Assembly (NCBI RefSeq): GCF_009914755.1 | Contig: NC_060930.1 | Source: the human T2T-CHM13v2.0 reference genome, Homo sapiens | Strand: one strand, 5' to 3' | DNA: 64,000 bases | Shown: in pieces, positions 40,948 through 54,488 of the stretch | How the letters are laid out: each line of letters opens with the position of its first letter | Position numbering within the stretch: position 1 is the first letter of the stretch | Made by a program: the position numbers and the translations under genes | Notes under the pieces: model-generated | Database searches by the model: none | Told to the model about the DNA's origin: nothing | What the model saw: only the letters and a program-made list of their open reading frames with translations

Positions 40948-41999
40948 TTATGTGGTTTTTATTCTGGAAAAAATAGGCAGATTGTATATGAAGTACCTAG
41001 GGTATGTAAAAATCAATGTATTGGGTTTCTTTAACTATATGGTAGTATATATCCACATTTAGAGGTTCTATCCAGGTCAGAAAGATTACTTAGCGTATTG
41101 GTAGAAAGAGATGAAAACAAAAGTAAAGTAACCAAATGGCTTTTCCTTTTATATTTCACACAGCTTAGCAGATTTATCTTCCTTGGCTATCTCTGTATTG
41201 CAATATATTGGAGCTTAAGCCTTCTTTCCTAACCCCTTTGTTTCTGGGAAAAAATGAAGACATTTTACATCCTAGTATCTGGAATAAAGGGATATTGAAA
41301 TGAACAGTCTCATTTATTTTAGATATTGAAATTTTAGTAAGATCCAAAATCCTAAAGAGATTCTAATTTTATATTATTCATGATTGTGACAGTTTTCATA
41401 AAAGTGTAATTTTGAAAAATAAAATACAGTAAAGTCTTCTTATATTGAGAATGGATATTTCAATTTACAGCTGTCTGCATACCCTAGGTCAAATCTAGCC
41501 ACCTAATATATAGCAACCTGAAGTAAAAACTTGATGCTAGTCTGAAAAAGATATTATGGTCTAAGTATCATGCCAGACACAAGCATTAGAAAGGGATTTT
41601 ATGGTATTTAGAGCTCCAAAAGCCTAAGCTTTAACAGTCACTATTGGGTACAACTATGATGGATAATCAGTCCAGGGGCTATCTAGTCCCTGACTTCCAT
41701 AAATGCAGCATAGTTAAAGGCTATAGGAGGTCCACATGCAATAGAAGAGAAATAAACATGGTACCAGGCCACAAGAAGCAGATACTTTTGCTAGTAAGGT
41801 TGTGCAAATTAAAAAAAATATGACATACGCACTTTGGGAAAAGACTAAATACTCAAGAACACAAAATAGTGCAAATTGAGTGGTGGTTATGATAAGAGGT
41901 GAAGAATCTTTTGAAGCTCCCTCTTGCCCTTGCTTCTATAATTCCATATCCTTTTGATTTGCCTTCAATGTTTCTAAATGCTTCTATTTTATCTTCTCT

Positions 42000-43035
42000 T
42001 GAATCTCAGATGTTGGCGTTCTCATGGGGTCCTATTCTCCATATTCTCCCATTTTATATGCAGTTCCTTGTGTATCTCCGTCAATGGCTCCAACCATGTA
42101 TATGTCAATGATCCCTAGATCTATATTACTGCATTAGAATTTACTACTAAATTCTGGATTCATGTCCTTAGCCACCTGTTAAATTTCTCTACCTGAGTGT
42201 CCTATAGGCACTTCAACTTTATTGTGTCCTGTTATAAATTTCTTGACTTTCTGCCTAAACGCAGTGTCTCTGTATTTCTTGTCTGTGTGGGTAGCATCAC
42301 CACTGCAACTCCTCACTTCACCCATCATCAAATCCTACAGATTTAATCTTTTGGAATCTTTTAAATGTCTGTCTTATTTTCCAATCCCATTGTCATTACC
42401 TTAATGTAGGCTCTCTTCAGTACTTATCTGGATGCCTGAAGGAACCTCTTGATTCATTTTTCTGCCACTAATCAAAATTCCTCCCATCTGATCTGATCTC
42501 CACATTGCTGCCAGAGGAATCTTTCTAAAATTCGTCTGATCATGTCTCTCCCATAAAACCCGCTTGCTTTCAGAGTAAAGTTTAAACTTTGTAATCTGGA
42601 TCCTACTTGCTATTTCTGTTCTTTGGTCCGTGAATACATTCCTGCCATAATCTTGCTGAACTAGTTTTCAAGGGTAATTGCTATTTCACAACATGGTAAC
42701 CCAACTCATACTTTTCTCTCCATCAGAAATATCCTTTTACATCTGACTAAGTTTTACCTAGCCTTTTGAATTAGCTCAAGTGACACCTTATCTGGTATAT
42801 CTTCCCAGACTTCTCAAATAGATTTTGGTATTCGTCTTAACCTCTTTTGATTGTTTTATTTGATTTTTCTATAACCTCTTTCTCTTAACAGTGTCCTCTC
42901 AGTACAGCATAAATTCTGGAAAGGAGGACCATTCTTATTTGAATCCCTCATATAAGCATATTGCCTGGCATAGAATAGGTGCCCATTTTTTAAAATTGTA
43001 TATGGATGGATGAATGAATGAATGAATGAATGAAT
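42000..43035 (-). mobile_element. L2 fragment with (TGAA)n terminus
   Basis: Antisense-type L2 motifs ending gcctggcatagaatagg...tgaatgaatgaatgaatg. Confidence 0.6.
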
Positions 43036-45079
43036 TAGATTCAAGGAATGTGGACTGGAGGAGTCACCCAGGGCTGCTAACGGTATAAGTAGGAGGATAG
43101 AGTGGGATGATTATTCTAACCACGGGAATTCAGTCAGCAAATTTTGAAAACAAGAAGTGAGTTGAGTGCTTTTAGTTATCGAGAGAACCAGGTTGACCAG
43201 AACTTATGAGGAAAATATATTGGATACTAGACATTATAAGGTAAAATTAACATGTAATTTTTGATGGCCTGTTGTATCTTGATTTATCATTCTTAGGTTT
43301 TTGAAAGACAGCATTCTTAAAGTATTTGAATATAGGTGAGGATGTAAATTATATATTTTAAAAAGTAATCCTCTGGACAGACATGCTTAATGGAAACATT
43401 TTCTTTGAAATAAAACATCACTAACTTCCATGACAGTTTATAGCATAGTACTGTTAGTTTTCTGATTTGATATTTAGAATTAGATCAGTAGTGTATTGCC
43501 AGAAAGCATTCTACTGGTTATATTTTTTAATAAAAAAGGATACCTCAGTTAAGCCATCTTCTAGACTTAAAATCCTTGAAGGAAGGTATCTTATATTAAT
43601 CATCTTTTCATTTTCATTGCCCAACTCTGTAACCCATACATAATAGGCCTCCATCAAGTGCTGTTGAACTAAATTGTATAGCCTGTGTGCCCAGGACACA
43701 ACAGCACTGACTTTTGCATTTCAGAATTAGGCTGAGTTGAGGTGTGAGTGGGAACTCAGTGACTATGTCATCCAACACTGGTAAATTCTCAGCTCACCTG
43801 CAAATACCTGTACCTAAAGCAGCATCACTAATACATGTCAGATGCCTCAGAACCTTTCTGAACATAGTGCTCCAGGCCATCAACTGATAAGAGTTGGCAG
43901 GAAAGATGGCAATAAACATTCTAGCCACTGAGGATTTATTTTTACTCTAAGAAGAGAAAACTGAGGCCAGAGACTCAGGATTTCATTTTTCATTACTGAG
44001 AGAGCTAGGGATAAGACTCCAGGTCTTCTGTGTCCTAGTACAGTGGTTTTTTTCCACCGTCACCCTTTTTACACTTGGTTCCATTTTAACTACCAACACA
44101 TTCAAACATTTAATTTTTTTCATTTCTGTTTTTATTTGCTTTCTCTTTGAGATACTATTTGTTATAGAAAACTCCATGAGAACTTATAATTACTTTGTTC
44201 ATTTTGAATTTGGTTTTATTAAGTAAATAATATATAAGTAAATTATTGCCAGATTATATAAGTACATTATTGCCAGGGACTAAGAAATATTTTATTTAAA
44301 GATTCCCTTTGGAATCATATTTGTTGGAATTTTATTTAAGCTGTATCAACATTTCTTAATTGTGATAATTTTATTTTTAATTTTAAATTTTTCCCTGAAA
44401 GGTACATTTTTACTAGCAGTAATTTAGTTATGATTCCAAATAACTTTTCCTATTATGCTTTTGAATTATGTATATATTAAAATAATGTTTTGGTTTTTTT
44501 TACTCTTAAAAGCCAGTTGATTTTTGCTTACAAAGAAGAGCTTTCTTTGGTTCCTCTTCACTTGGAGGTTTGACTTCAATTACTGTGGGTCAGTAATTCA
44601 AGGAAAGTTAGTGGGATGAGGTGTGAATGGCTACTCACATATATATCTAAGAACTTGTATTTGTATACACACACACACACAAACACACACACACATATAT
44701 ATATATACTCTCATCTCACCTGTGCCTCCATACATGTAATCTCACATACCCACATCCCTGAAGACTTGAAACATTCTTCTATAAAGTCTTAAGGAAGTTA
44801 ATTCTATCTAATTTACCAGAATTTGTATATTTGTATGATCTAGACATGACTTGCATTACCTTTTGCACCCACAGCCCTTTCTGTGGATTTTATGGCAGTG
44901 GCTATTCTGGAAGAAGCAGCCCTACATCCATATGATCCCAACATGGCTGTAGCTAACTGGACTAATGGTGGACAGTTGGCCCAAGGCCAGGTAATTTATC
45001 GACTGGCCAAATACTAATGAGAGTGTCTTTCAAATTTTTAAATAGAAAATCATCAGAGGGCCAAAGAAAATGAATGATC

Positions 45080-47250
45080 CACATTCATTTGTTCTTGAAG
45101 CAAAAATAGATTGGGCGCTACTCATGATATGCTAGGTGTGGTACTAGAATTAATAGCCTTTTGTAGAAGGAAGTAAATTTTCTTGAATAATCACCCACGT
45201 AAAATTAAAATCTATGATAAAGGCAGCACAGAACATTGTATAATATTTTGATAAAATAATACTTTATCAGGAATTTTGACTAAGATCAGGTTATCCAGGT
45301 GTGCTTCCCATGGAAATGACAGTAAGGACTGAGCTAAGATCTGAGAATGAACAGAAGTTAAGCAGGCAAATAGGGGTGAAGTACCCTCTAGAAGTAAAGA
45401 ATGAGAGCCAGTGATGGAAGGGGGAGTGGTAAGCCTGAAGCACTGGAAGGAAGCCAGTCTTGTGGAAGAGGAAAAAGTCTGCAAAAGGCAGGAGTGTGGT
45501 TTGAGAAGAATTTGGAGAGGTAGGCAGAAACTAGACATGGTAGGGCCCACCAGGTCATGTTTTAGAGTTTTTTCTTTATTTTAAGAGCCAAAGGGTTTTG
45601 AAGAGAGATATGATATAATCTTATTAGCATTTTTAAAAGATCATTCTGGCTGAAGTATCAAGAGCAGATTAGATGAAGTCCTGGGGCATGTATGTGTAGA
45701 GACCAGCTGGGAGGCTACTGTAGAAATCCAGGTGGCAGATGTTAGAAGCAGAAACTTTGGTGGTGATGGCAAAATGTTAAAATTTGAGAGAGATTTGGGA
45801 AGCAAAAACCACAACTGTTATTGTTGTTTTAATTGATTGAATATGGGTTGATGTCAGACTTGTGCCACCAAGTTTTGGGAGTATCTGGAGTGGTGGAAGA
45901 GAGATCCCAAATTTAGTCCTGGTTATTTGGCTTTGTGGTAACTTTGAGAAATCCGAGAGAGATATTAAGCAGGTTAAAGGTCAGGAACTCAGAAGAGAGT
46001 ATGGGTTAGAAATGTAAATTTATGAGTCATGTGTACACAGATGGCCATGAAGCTATGGGTGAGGCTGAGTGATTAAATTCAGACAATAAGAAAGCCTAGG
46101 AGTAAGCTTTAATGAAGTTTCACTTTTAAAAATTGATAGAGGACAATAGCCCTGCAAAAGCATTAAAGAAGAAATGGCCAGAGATATAGGATAAAAACCA
46201 GGAGAGCCTTGTCTCACTAAATCAAAGGGAAGAGAGTATTTTGAGGAGGCTAAGGCACACTGACTATGATAGCTAAAATTAGATGAACAAACAAGGAAGA
46301 CTGGAATCACCTAATGTTGATAAAGATAATGAGAAACTAAAAGTCTTATATATTGATTGTGGGCATGATAGAGCCACTTGAGAAAACTCTGGCAGTTTCT
46401 TAAAGAGTTTAGCGTGCATCTACACTATGACATAGGAATTCCATTCCTAGATATTTATATAAGAAAAATGAGAACATACACTGACAAAAAGACTTATTTA
46501 AGAATCTTCATAGCAACCTTATTGTTAATGACCCTAAAATTGAAATAGCTCAGACGTCCATCAGTAGAATGAATTTAAAAGCTGTGAAATACTCACACAA
46601 TGAAAAATTCACTATTCCACAATAAACAGGAATAAAACATTGATACATAAACAACATGGATGAATCTCAAAAACATTATGGTAGATAGGAAAAGCCAGAC
46701 ACAAATCAGGCAGACTGCATGATTGATTCCATTCATATGAAGCTCCAAAATAGGGAAAGCTAATCTATGGTGGTGGATATGAGATTGGTAGGCTCCTCTG
46801 TGGTGGCAAGGGTGAAGGACTGGCTGGAAAGGGGTAGGAGGTGACTTTCTGGAGGGTTGTAAATATCTTAAATATTGATAGAGGTATGTATTATACATAT
46901 GTATGCATTTGTCAAAACTGACCAAACTGTTTACTTACTACGTGTGCATTTCACTGTATTTAAATTTTACCTGAATCAATTTTTTAAAATGAATTCTGCA
47001 GAGACATCAAATAGGATGAGAACTACGAAAGAGCTATTGTATTCGGTAACAAGGAGATCACTGGTAACTTCAGGAAAGGCTTTTTCTACAAATTTATGGG
47101 GTCAGCACTAGATTGGAATGGGTAGAATGGGAGAAAGATGAATAAAAACAAATAGTTGTTGCATGTAAATCTTTCAAGGAGCTTGGCTAAGAAGGGGAAA
47201 GAAGCATGAGAAGATAGCTAGAGGAGAATGAGGAGTTCAATTTGGGTTTC
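45080..47250 (+). mobile_element. L2 fragments interrupted by an L1M 3' end (~46310-46985)
   Basis: L2 motifs (taaaagatcattctggctg; gagaccagctgggaggctactg). L1 motifs (acaacatggatgaatctcaaaaacattatg; gtgcatttcactgtatttaaattttacc). Confidence 0.65.
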
Positions 47251-47716
47251 TTTAAGATAGAATTTAAATGGATAAAGTTAAGAATGTTTAGAAATCAAAG
47301 AAGGAGAGAATACAGTGGAGGAGGTGGTTTGAATAAAAGAGAGAGTGTATTTTGTGACGGGAAAGAAAAGATGAGGGACCTTCTGTCTGTTTCTATTTTT
47401 TCTGTAAGTAGGAGTTGGCTCATCTTTTGAGAGTGAGGGGAGTTTGAGATTTGAGGATAAAGAAAAAAGTCTGAAATAGTTGAGTTGGGGAGCAAGAGTG
47501 TGGGTTTATCAGCAAGACAATTGATTACTGATCTACAGATGAAGCCATGCTGGGTCATGTATAAGATGAGTCAACAGAAAGGGAGAGACTGACAAAAGCA
47601 TGCAGATAAGAGAGGCTTTTTGGCCCATGAGACACAAAAAGAAGAGTCTTTGATTTGACCTCTCAAGCTGAATCATTGTGAAACCTGGGTCAACAATTTC
47701 CTATGTATGTGATCTT

Positions 47717-48858
47717 TCTTTTTTTCTTCAACAGTTATTTTAAGTTCTGGAGTACATGTGCAGGATGTGCAGATTTGTTGTAGGTAGTTGCTGGTTTGCT
47801 GCACTCAGATCAACCCACCTCCTAGATATTAAGCTCAGCATACTTTAGCTATTCTTCCTGATGCTCTCCCTCCCCTGCCCCCGACAGGCCCCAGCGTGTA
47901 TTGTTTCTCTCCATGTGTCCATGTGTTCTCATTGTTCAGCTCCCACTTATAAGTGAAAACATGTGATATTCGGTTTTCTGTTCCTGTGTTAGTTTGCTGA
48001 GGATAATGGCTTCCAGCTCCATCCATGTACCTGCAAAGGACAGAATTTCATTCCTTTTTATGACTGCATAGTATTCTGTGGCGTATATGTTTCACACTTT
48101 CTTTATCCAGTCTATCACTGGTGGCCATTTGGGTTAATTCCATGTCTTTGCTATTGTGAATAATGAAGCAGTGAACATACATGTGCATGTGTCTTTATAA
48201 TATGATGATTTATATTCCTTTGGGCATATACCCAGTGATGGGATTGCTGGGTCAAATGCTATTTCTGAGTCTATATCTTTGAGGAATTGCCACACTGTCT
48301 TCCACAATGGTTGAACTAATTTACATTCCCACCAACAGTGTAGAAGCATTCCTTTTTCTCTGCAACCCCACCAGCATCTGTTGTTTCTTGACTTTTCAAT
48401 AATCGCCATTCTGACTGGCGTGAGGTGGTATCTCATTGTGGTTTTGATTTGTGTTTCTCTAATGATTGGCGATGTTGAGCTTTTTTATCATATGTTGATT
48501 GGCCGCATGAATGTCTTCTTTAAAAGTGTCTGTTCATGTCCTTTGCCCACTTTTTAATGGAGTTGTGTAAAACTCAAAACTATAAAAACCCTAGAAGAAA
48601 ATCTAGGCAATACCATTCAGGATACAGGCATAGGCAAAGATTTCATGACCAAAACGTCAAAAGCAATTGCAACAAAAGCAAAAATTGACAAGTGGGATCT
48701 AATTAAACTAAAGAGCTTCTGCATAGCAAGAGAAACTATGATCAGAGTGAACAGACAGCCTACAGAATGGGAGGAATTTTTTGCAACCTATCAATCTGAC
48801 AAAGGTCTAATATCCAGAGTCTACAAGGAATGTAAACAAATTTACGGGAAAAAAACAA
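47717..48858. mobile_element. 5'-inverted L1PA: minus strand 47717-48566, inverted plus strand 48566-48858
   Basis: Minus ORF 48134-48436 and plus ORF 48645-48869 both encode adjacent L1 ORF2 segments; candidate TSD tatgt(g/a)atctt at 47706-47716 and 48863-48873. Confidence 0.92.
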
Positions 48859-49414
48859 TCACTATGTAATCTTAAACTGACTTCGTTTGAGTAGGTTTCT
48901 GTTTCTCCCAACCAAAAGAGCCCTGATAAGGATTAGTAGTGTGTGTGTGTGTTTTTTTTTTCCCTACATGGAATTTGACTAAGTCTGCATGCATATTAAG
49001 TCTGCACTAGAAATAGACTAAGTTTTGAGTTTCCATGTTGAGACAAAAGAAAGATATTTCCATTTCAAAAATTAATACATCTGTTTTCATACATGTATGT
49101 ATATATGCATGTACATATACACAAATTCATATGCAGTCTTCATAAATTGGCATTCTTCCAACAAGATAAATTATCCTTCCTCTTTTTCACATGTATCTTT
49201 CATCTAGTCAGTTTATGTTTTTGTCCTTTCACCTGGGATGACCTTGTTTATTATTATTTGAAAGGTCTGGAGGATACAGAATAAAGAATGGCATTATTTC
49301 CTTCAGATCTTTTACCATGAGGGACAGTCTGATACCCACAGTGTGATAGGGAAAGCTCTGACCACACTAGTTTGACTTGTTTCCCATTTCATGGTTGCAG
49401 AGTAATTTGGATTT

Positions 49415-49797
49415 GTTTTAGGCCAGGCCCCTCAGAAGCAGACTCTGAGATGGAGATTATTGTGCAAGACGCTTATTAGGGAGTACTTTCAGGATCAACA
49501 CCTGTGTGGGAAGGGAAGTCAACAGATTGGAAAGTAGGAGAAAGTGGGCTATAATACAAATACAGTAAGGCCTCAATGAGTCCCTTGGGAGTTCTGAGAC
49601 TAGCTGGAATATCTTGCTTTGACCAGTCACTGGATTTAGGCTGCCTGGGGAAGAGGATCTAGCCTTAGGAGAGGTGGCTGGCTTCAGCAGAGGGCAATTT
49701 CAAAGGGAAGTCTGATAGCTAATAGCATCCTGACATCTGGAGGAGTAAGACCCCAGCCTCGCAATGGACATCTGGGCTTAGTGCAGCATCCACTCAC
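49415..49797 (-). mobile_element. ERVL solo LTR (LTR16/LTR33-like)
   Basis: cagaagcagactctgagatggagatt...ggatcaacacctgtg...gcagcatccactca, similar to the LTRs at 16.4 and 18.5 kb. Confidence 0.65.
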
Positions 49798-51814
49798 TGA
49801 TTTTAGCTGAAAATTAAAATAACAAGTTTGGGAAAGCTAATATTTCTTAACTACCTAAACATTAAAGGAATTCACAGGTTAAATATCAAGTCAACTATAG
49901 GATGATGAGAAACCTAAGATTTATTGACAAAATGGAATATATAAGTCAACTGGTAAGACTGTCCAGATTGTGGACCTCTTTTGGGGATTTACAACATCAT
50001 CCAAATCTTAAATTACAAGTCTATCTATAGAACACTTGCAAATGCCTGTGAGGCAATGAATAAGAGTTGTGGAGGGTAGTGACTTCACTGAGGACATTTA
50101 ATTTGAAAGGTTTGGTTTCATGAAATCGTTAGCTCTATAAGATTTCATTTCACTAATTTTTTGTAAATAAGACAATATAGCAGGAATCTTATACAGTATT
50201 GAAGATATGCAATAATGGGATTTTACTTCAGTGACCTAAGTTATAGGGCAACTATGGCATATGGTCTTTGGAAAATTCCCTCCTCCCATTTAAGCCATTG
50301 TTCCAAAAACAGTCCTTACCTCTTCCTTTGGTGTGGGTGCCTTCTGTTAGCACTAAACTCTGAGGACTTTTTTTTTTTATATGGGAAAATAGAGCGGTAC
50401 ATTTTAGAAGATCTATTCCATAATTTAGTCCAAATATCTCCACTAAATTAGCAGTGTGTTTTTGTTAGAAAAATTAAGACAAACAACTTTCACTTCTCAG
50501 TAACCTAGCATGATACAACTTTCTCACTAGCATAGTTCAGTGTGAATCAGGTGGCCCTCTTCTATCTTGAAGCAGTGATCCCTGAAACACATGGCCACAG
50601 CTGGGGAAGAGAGGGAAAGAGCAGGTAGAATTAACATACATTATTGTTGCCATTGGCCAGGACCAGGCAACTGCAGGAGATGATAGGAAATGTAGGAGAG
50701 CACATGGGATATTTGCTGAGCACTAATTTCAGAAATTTAAGTTAGAATAATTTAATAAATTAATATTTTATCAATTAAGCTACCTGTTTCCAAAAATGTA
50801 CCTAGTTTACTTTCCTTGATTTAAAAAAAATTAACTTGTTGAAGACAGAAAAAAACTGGGATGCCTGGGATTTGAGTGAGAAGAGCGTTAGCAGCCAGAT
50901 CAGTGGTTTCCACACTGTGTCTGGTGCAGTTATCCCAGAGTGTTGGGGAATAATGTTGACTGGACAAGAAGGCAACAGGGCAGGCTCCAGGTGTCTTGGC
51001 TCTACACCCTACTGCTTGATTCCCAGCTCTCTATCTGTTTTGTATTTTGTGGGGAAAATGAGTTCTGCTGCAAAAAGAAATATCTGATAACTACTCATCT
51101 ACTCTATCACCCTCCTTTTAAAGCTATGGAGTTTTACACAACCATCTAACCAATATTTTGGGGCTATAGGGACAAAGTCCCTGTCCTCCTTATGCCTGTA
51201 CTCCAGTGTGTCCCAGAAAGCTCCAGTGATTTCCTAACATCAGAATAAGATCTAGAACCCATTTTTCTAACTTTCAGTCTGGCCTGAAGTGACAGTGAGA
51301 TTGTCAACTGAGAATATTCTGAAAATTTTGGCATGGAAATGACTGTCTAGGGAGTGTCTTAAACAATGGCTTCTATCTTGGAGAAGGGACACAAACCTCC
51401 TAACAGTTATTTTAAGTCTAATATGTGGGCCTTGTTTGGACTTCACTTCTTTCTCACTTATAACCTTTAGTGTTGAGCAAATTCTCCTCTCAGAGTACAG
51501 TATGTTTGTTTTATAGCACAGTGTCATAATCAACAAATAACATTACACCAACAGCAAAAAGTGCTCATATGTGCACTCCTTGTTATTCTTACTTTGACTC
51601 CATGCAGTTGGTGTGACAGTTATGGATGCTATCCCTACTTTACAGAAAAGAAAACAGAAAAAATAATTTAAATAAAGGTTACACAGCACAAGTAGTAAAT
51701 GTTCCACAGAACTGGGAAACAAAGTTAACTATTATTACAACTGGATACTAAAATGCAGGTAATAACTGAGAATTTCTCTAATGTAAACTCTTACCACTAG
51801 TAGTAGTAATAATT

Positions 51815-52040
51815 ATTATGGGATGCATGGAGCGGAGTGCCTGAGTGTGTGGATTTCTAAATCAATGAGGCCTGGGTTCGAATCCTGAGATCCACCACTT
51901 TTACTATATGATCCTGATAGGTCATTTAAACCCCTCCCAATTGTCTTATTTGTGAAATGGGGATGGGTGGGAGGAGCAAATAGGATAACAATGGTAATAT
52001 ATTAAGAATACACTTAGCACAGCTTTTCACATGTGGGCAA
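51815..52040 (+). mobile_element. MIR SINE
   Basis: cctgggttcgaatcctg...ccactttactatatgatcc...tgtgaaatgggg core. Confidence 0.7.
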
Positions 52041-54120
52041 CATTAACAACTTTTGGCTATAATAATGATTATTTTATAACAATGTGAATTCAAATAGTAC
52101 TACACACTCAGTATTCACATCTCTTTGAGTATAAAGACAGGTGCATCTACACTGTGTGAGCACTGTTTAAAGGAATTTTGAATCACAATTGGAGCTTTGG
52201 TTCTTACATTGTGCTAAGCCAGAAGACTCTTATTCATTGTAGTGATTTTAGCACAATGCAGTTACCTGAGCTTTGGGAATACACAGAAGTTGGGTGCTTT
52301 CTTTTGAACTAGGGTAGTAAACCTTCTTTTAGCAGCACTTTGGAATAGATTTACCCTGCATTATGCTTACAGATTTAATTCCTCACATTTGTTGTTTTAC
52401 TAAGGAAGCATTTTGGCTTACCCCTCAGTTTATAATCTCATATGAATGCATGGGAATTTATATACATTATTCATATGGTCTGTCTTCAATGGAAAAAAAT
52501 ACCCTATCTTGAGTTTTTAGCATGGAGGAATACCTCCAACTAGGAAAACTCACTGTATAAGAATACCTTACTTAAACAATTAACAGATTTTTCACCCTTA
52601 ATCAATGGCATTCCTGAGTAAATATTTAAAATAAATGCTGTAAAAATATTAAAAATGCTCTCTAAAATGTTGCTTGAATGTAGGTCTAATGTGGACTTAC
52701 AGCACAGAACAGCTGACATAATGCTGACATTTTCACACAAAATTAGAAGTGATAGAAAGTTAAAAATTTTTCTAATATTTTAAAAATACAGACATCACAG
52801 CTCTACACCTTTGCTGAGATCAAAGGTGTAATAAAAATACTCAAAAAATAATCCAATGTGTAATAAAAATTTCTAACTATCAATACCAAGTTTTAGCTCA
52901 CAGCGTATATACATACTTCCATAATACCGCTTATATGTCAAATTATCTACATTTAACTCATGAGAAAATCAAGTGCATGGAACAAAGACCTGTGTTTTGT
53001 TGGTGAAACTCTAGTAAGTTGGATATATTTTCCATAGCATTTATGAAAATTTTCTAAAAGATAAAATCCTACCAGAATTTTATTTATACTTAAGCTGGAA
53101 ATGACTTAAAAAGGATTTGGGTAACCCTGAGAATTAGTCCTTGATTGTTTTTCCTTCAAATTTGAAAGTAAGAGACTTTTGCCTTTATTATAGCAGGCAT
53201 TGCTAAACCTTTCACACCACATGGCATGAAAAGTGGGCAAAGTGTTTCTGTTTACCTTTTTGGATTCTTGGTTCAAGACCAAGGCTGGTCCTGGGCCCCT
53301 GCCTCTACCCTGACCCCAAAGAGGCAACTCCTTGGCTTTTAGTTTCTGTTTTTATTCCTTTAGGGAAGAATTGATGGCTAACTTGGGAGAAATTTAGTCA
53401 CTTTATCTTCTTTTTTCCTTTCTTTGCTCTCTCCTTCTTCTCATTACAGGAGACAGAAATATGAGAGCCCCAGTGGGGAATTTTCCCAGAAGAGAGAAAT
53501 GAGGCATCCGTTGGTCTATAATGCCAGTCATTTCCGGAGAGGAGTGATTTTTCTTGTCTGGCCCTTAGGGCTCTCTCCTGCTGGATGAACCCAGCCCTTT
53601 GTGCCATCTGCCTCAGGGATACTGGGAGGGAGACCTGGAGAGGAGTGGTACAGATAGGAGGTGGACACTGCTTCATATGAGCCTCCTCTACATGACTGCT
53701 CCTTCTTAGAGAGCCTTCCTGTCAGGGTGCAGTCAACTTCTCTAACTTTAAATGGGTGGCTGCATATAAGTATCTAATTTACTCATAGGCTCTGAGGTGT
53801 TACAGACAAAACGGTAACCCTGGGTGAGGCAGAAAGCACATTTAGAAAGGAAGAGGATGCTGCGTTGGCAGCACAGTCATTGGTAAATTTTGAACACCCC
53901 CTGTTATTTTCCCTTCAGCATGATGTTACAATATGTTTTGTTCAAGCCTAAATGAACCTTTTCATCTTGTAATTAACATTTTTACAGTGTTTCTCCTACC
54001 ACCATATATTTTTGTTTAGAAAATTAAGACCCAGAGCCAAAGTCAATGAGTAAAAGTGTTTGTTTTGCAAAGAGTATGTATTTAAGCCTGTAAGAGATGA
54101 TTAGAGAAAATCAACAATAA

Positions 54121-54488
<368 letters not shown>

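Noticed and set aside
51865-51895. tRNA-like B box GGTTCGAATCC
   Set aside because: Part of a MIR (tRNA-derived SINE); no cloverleaf.
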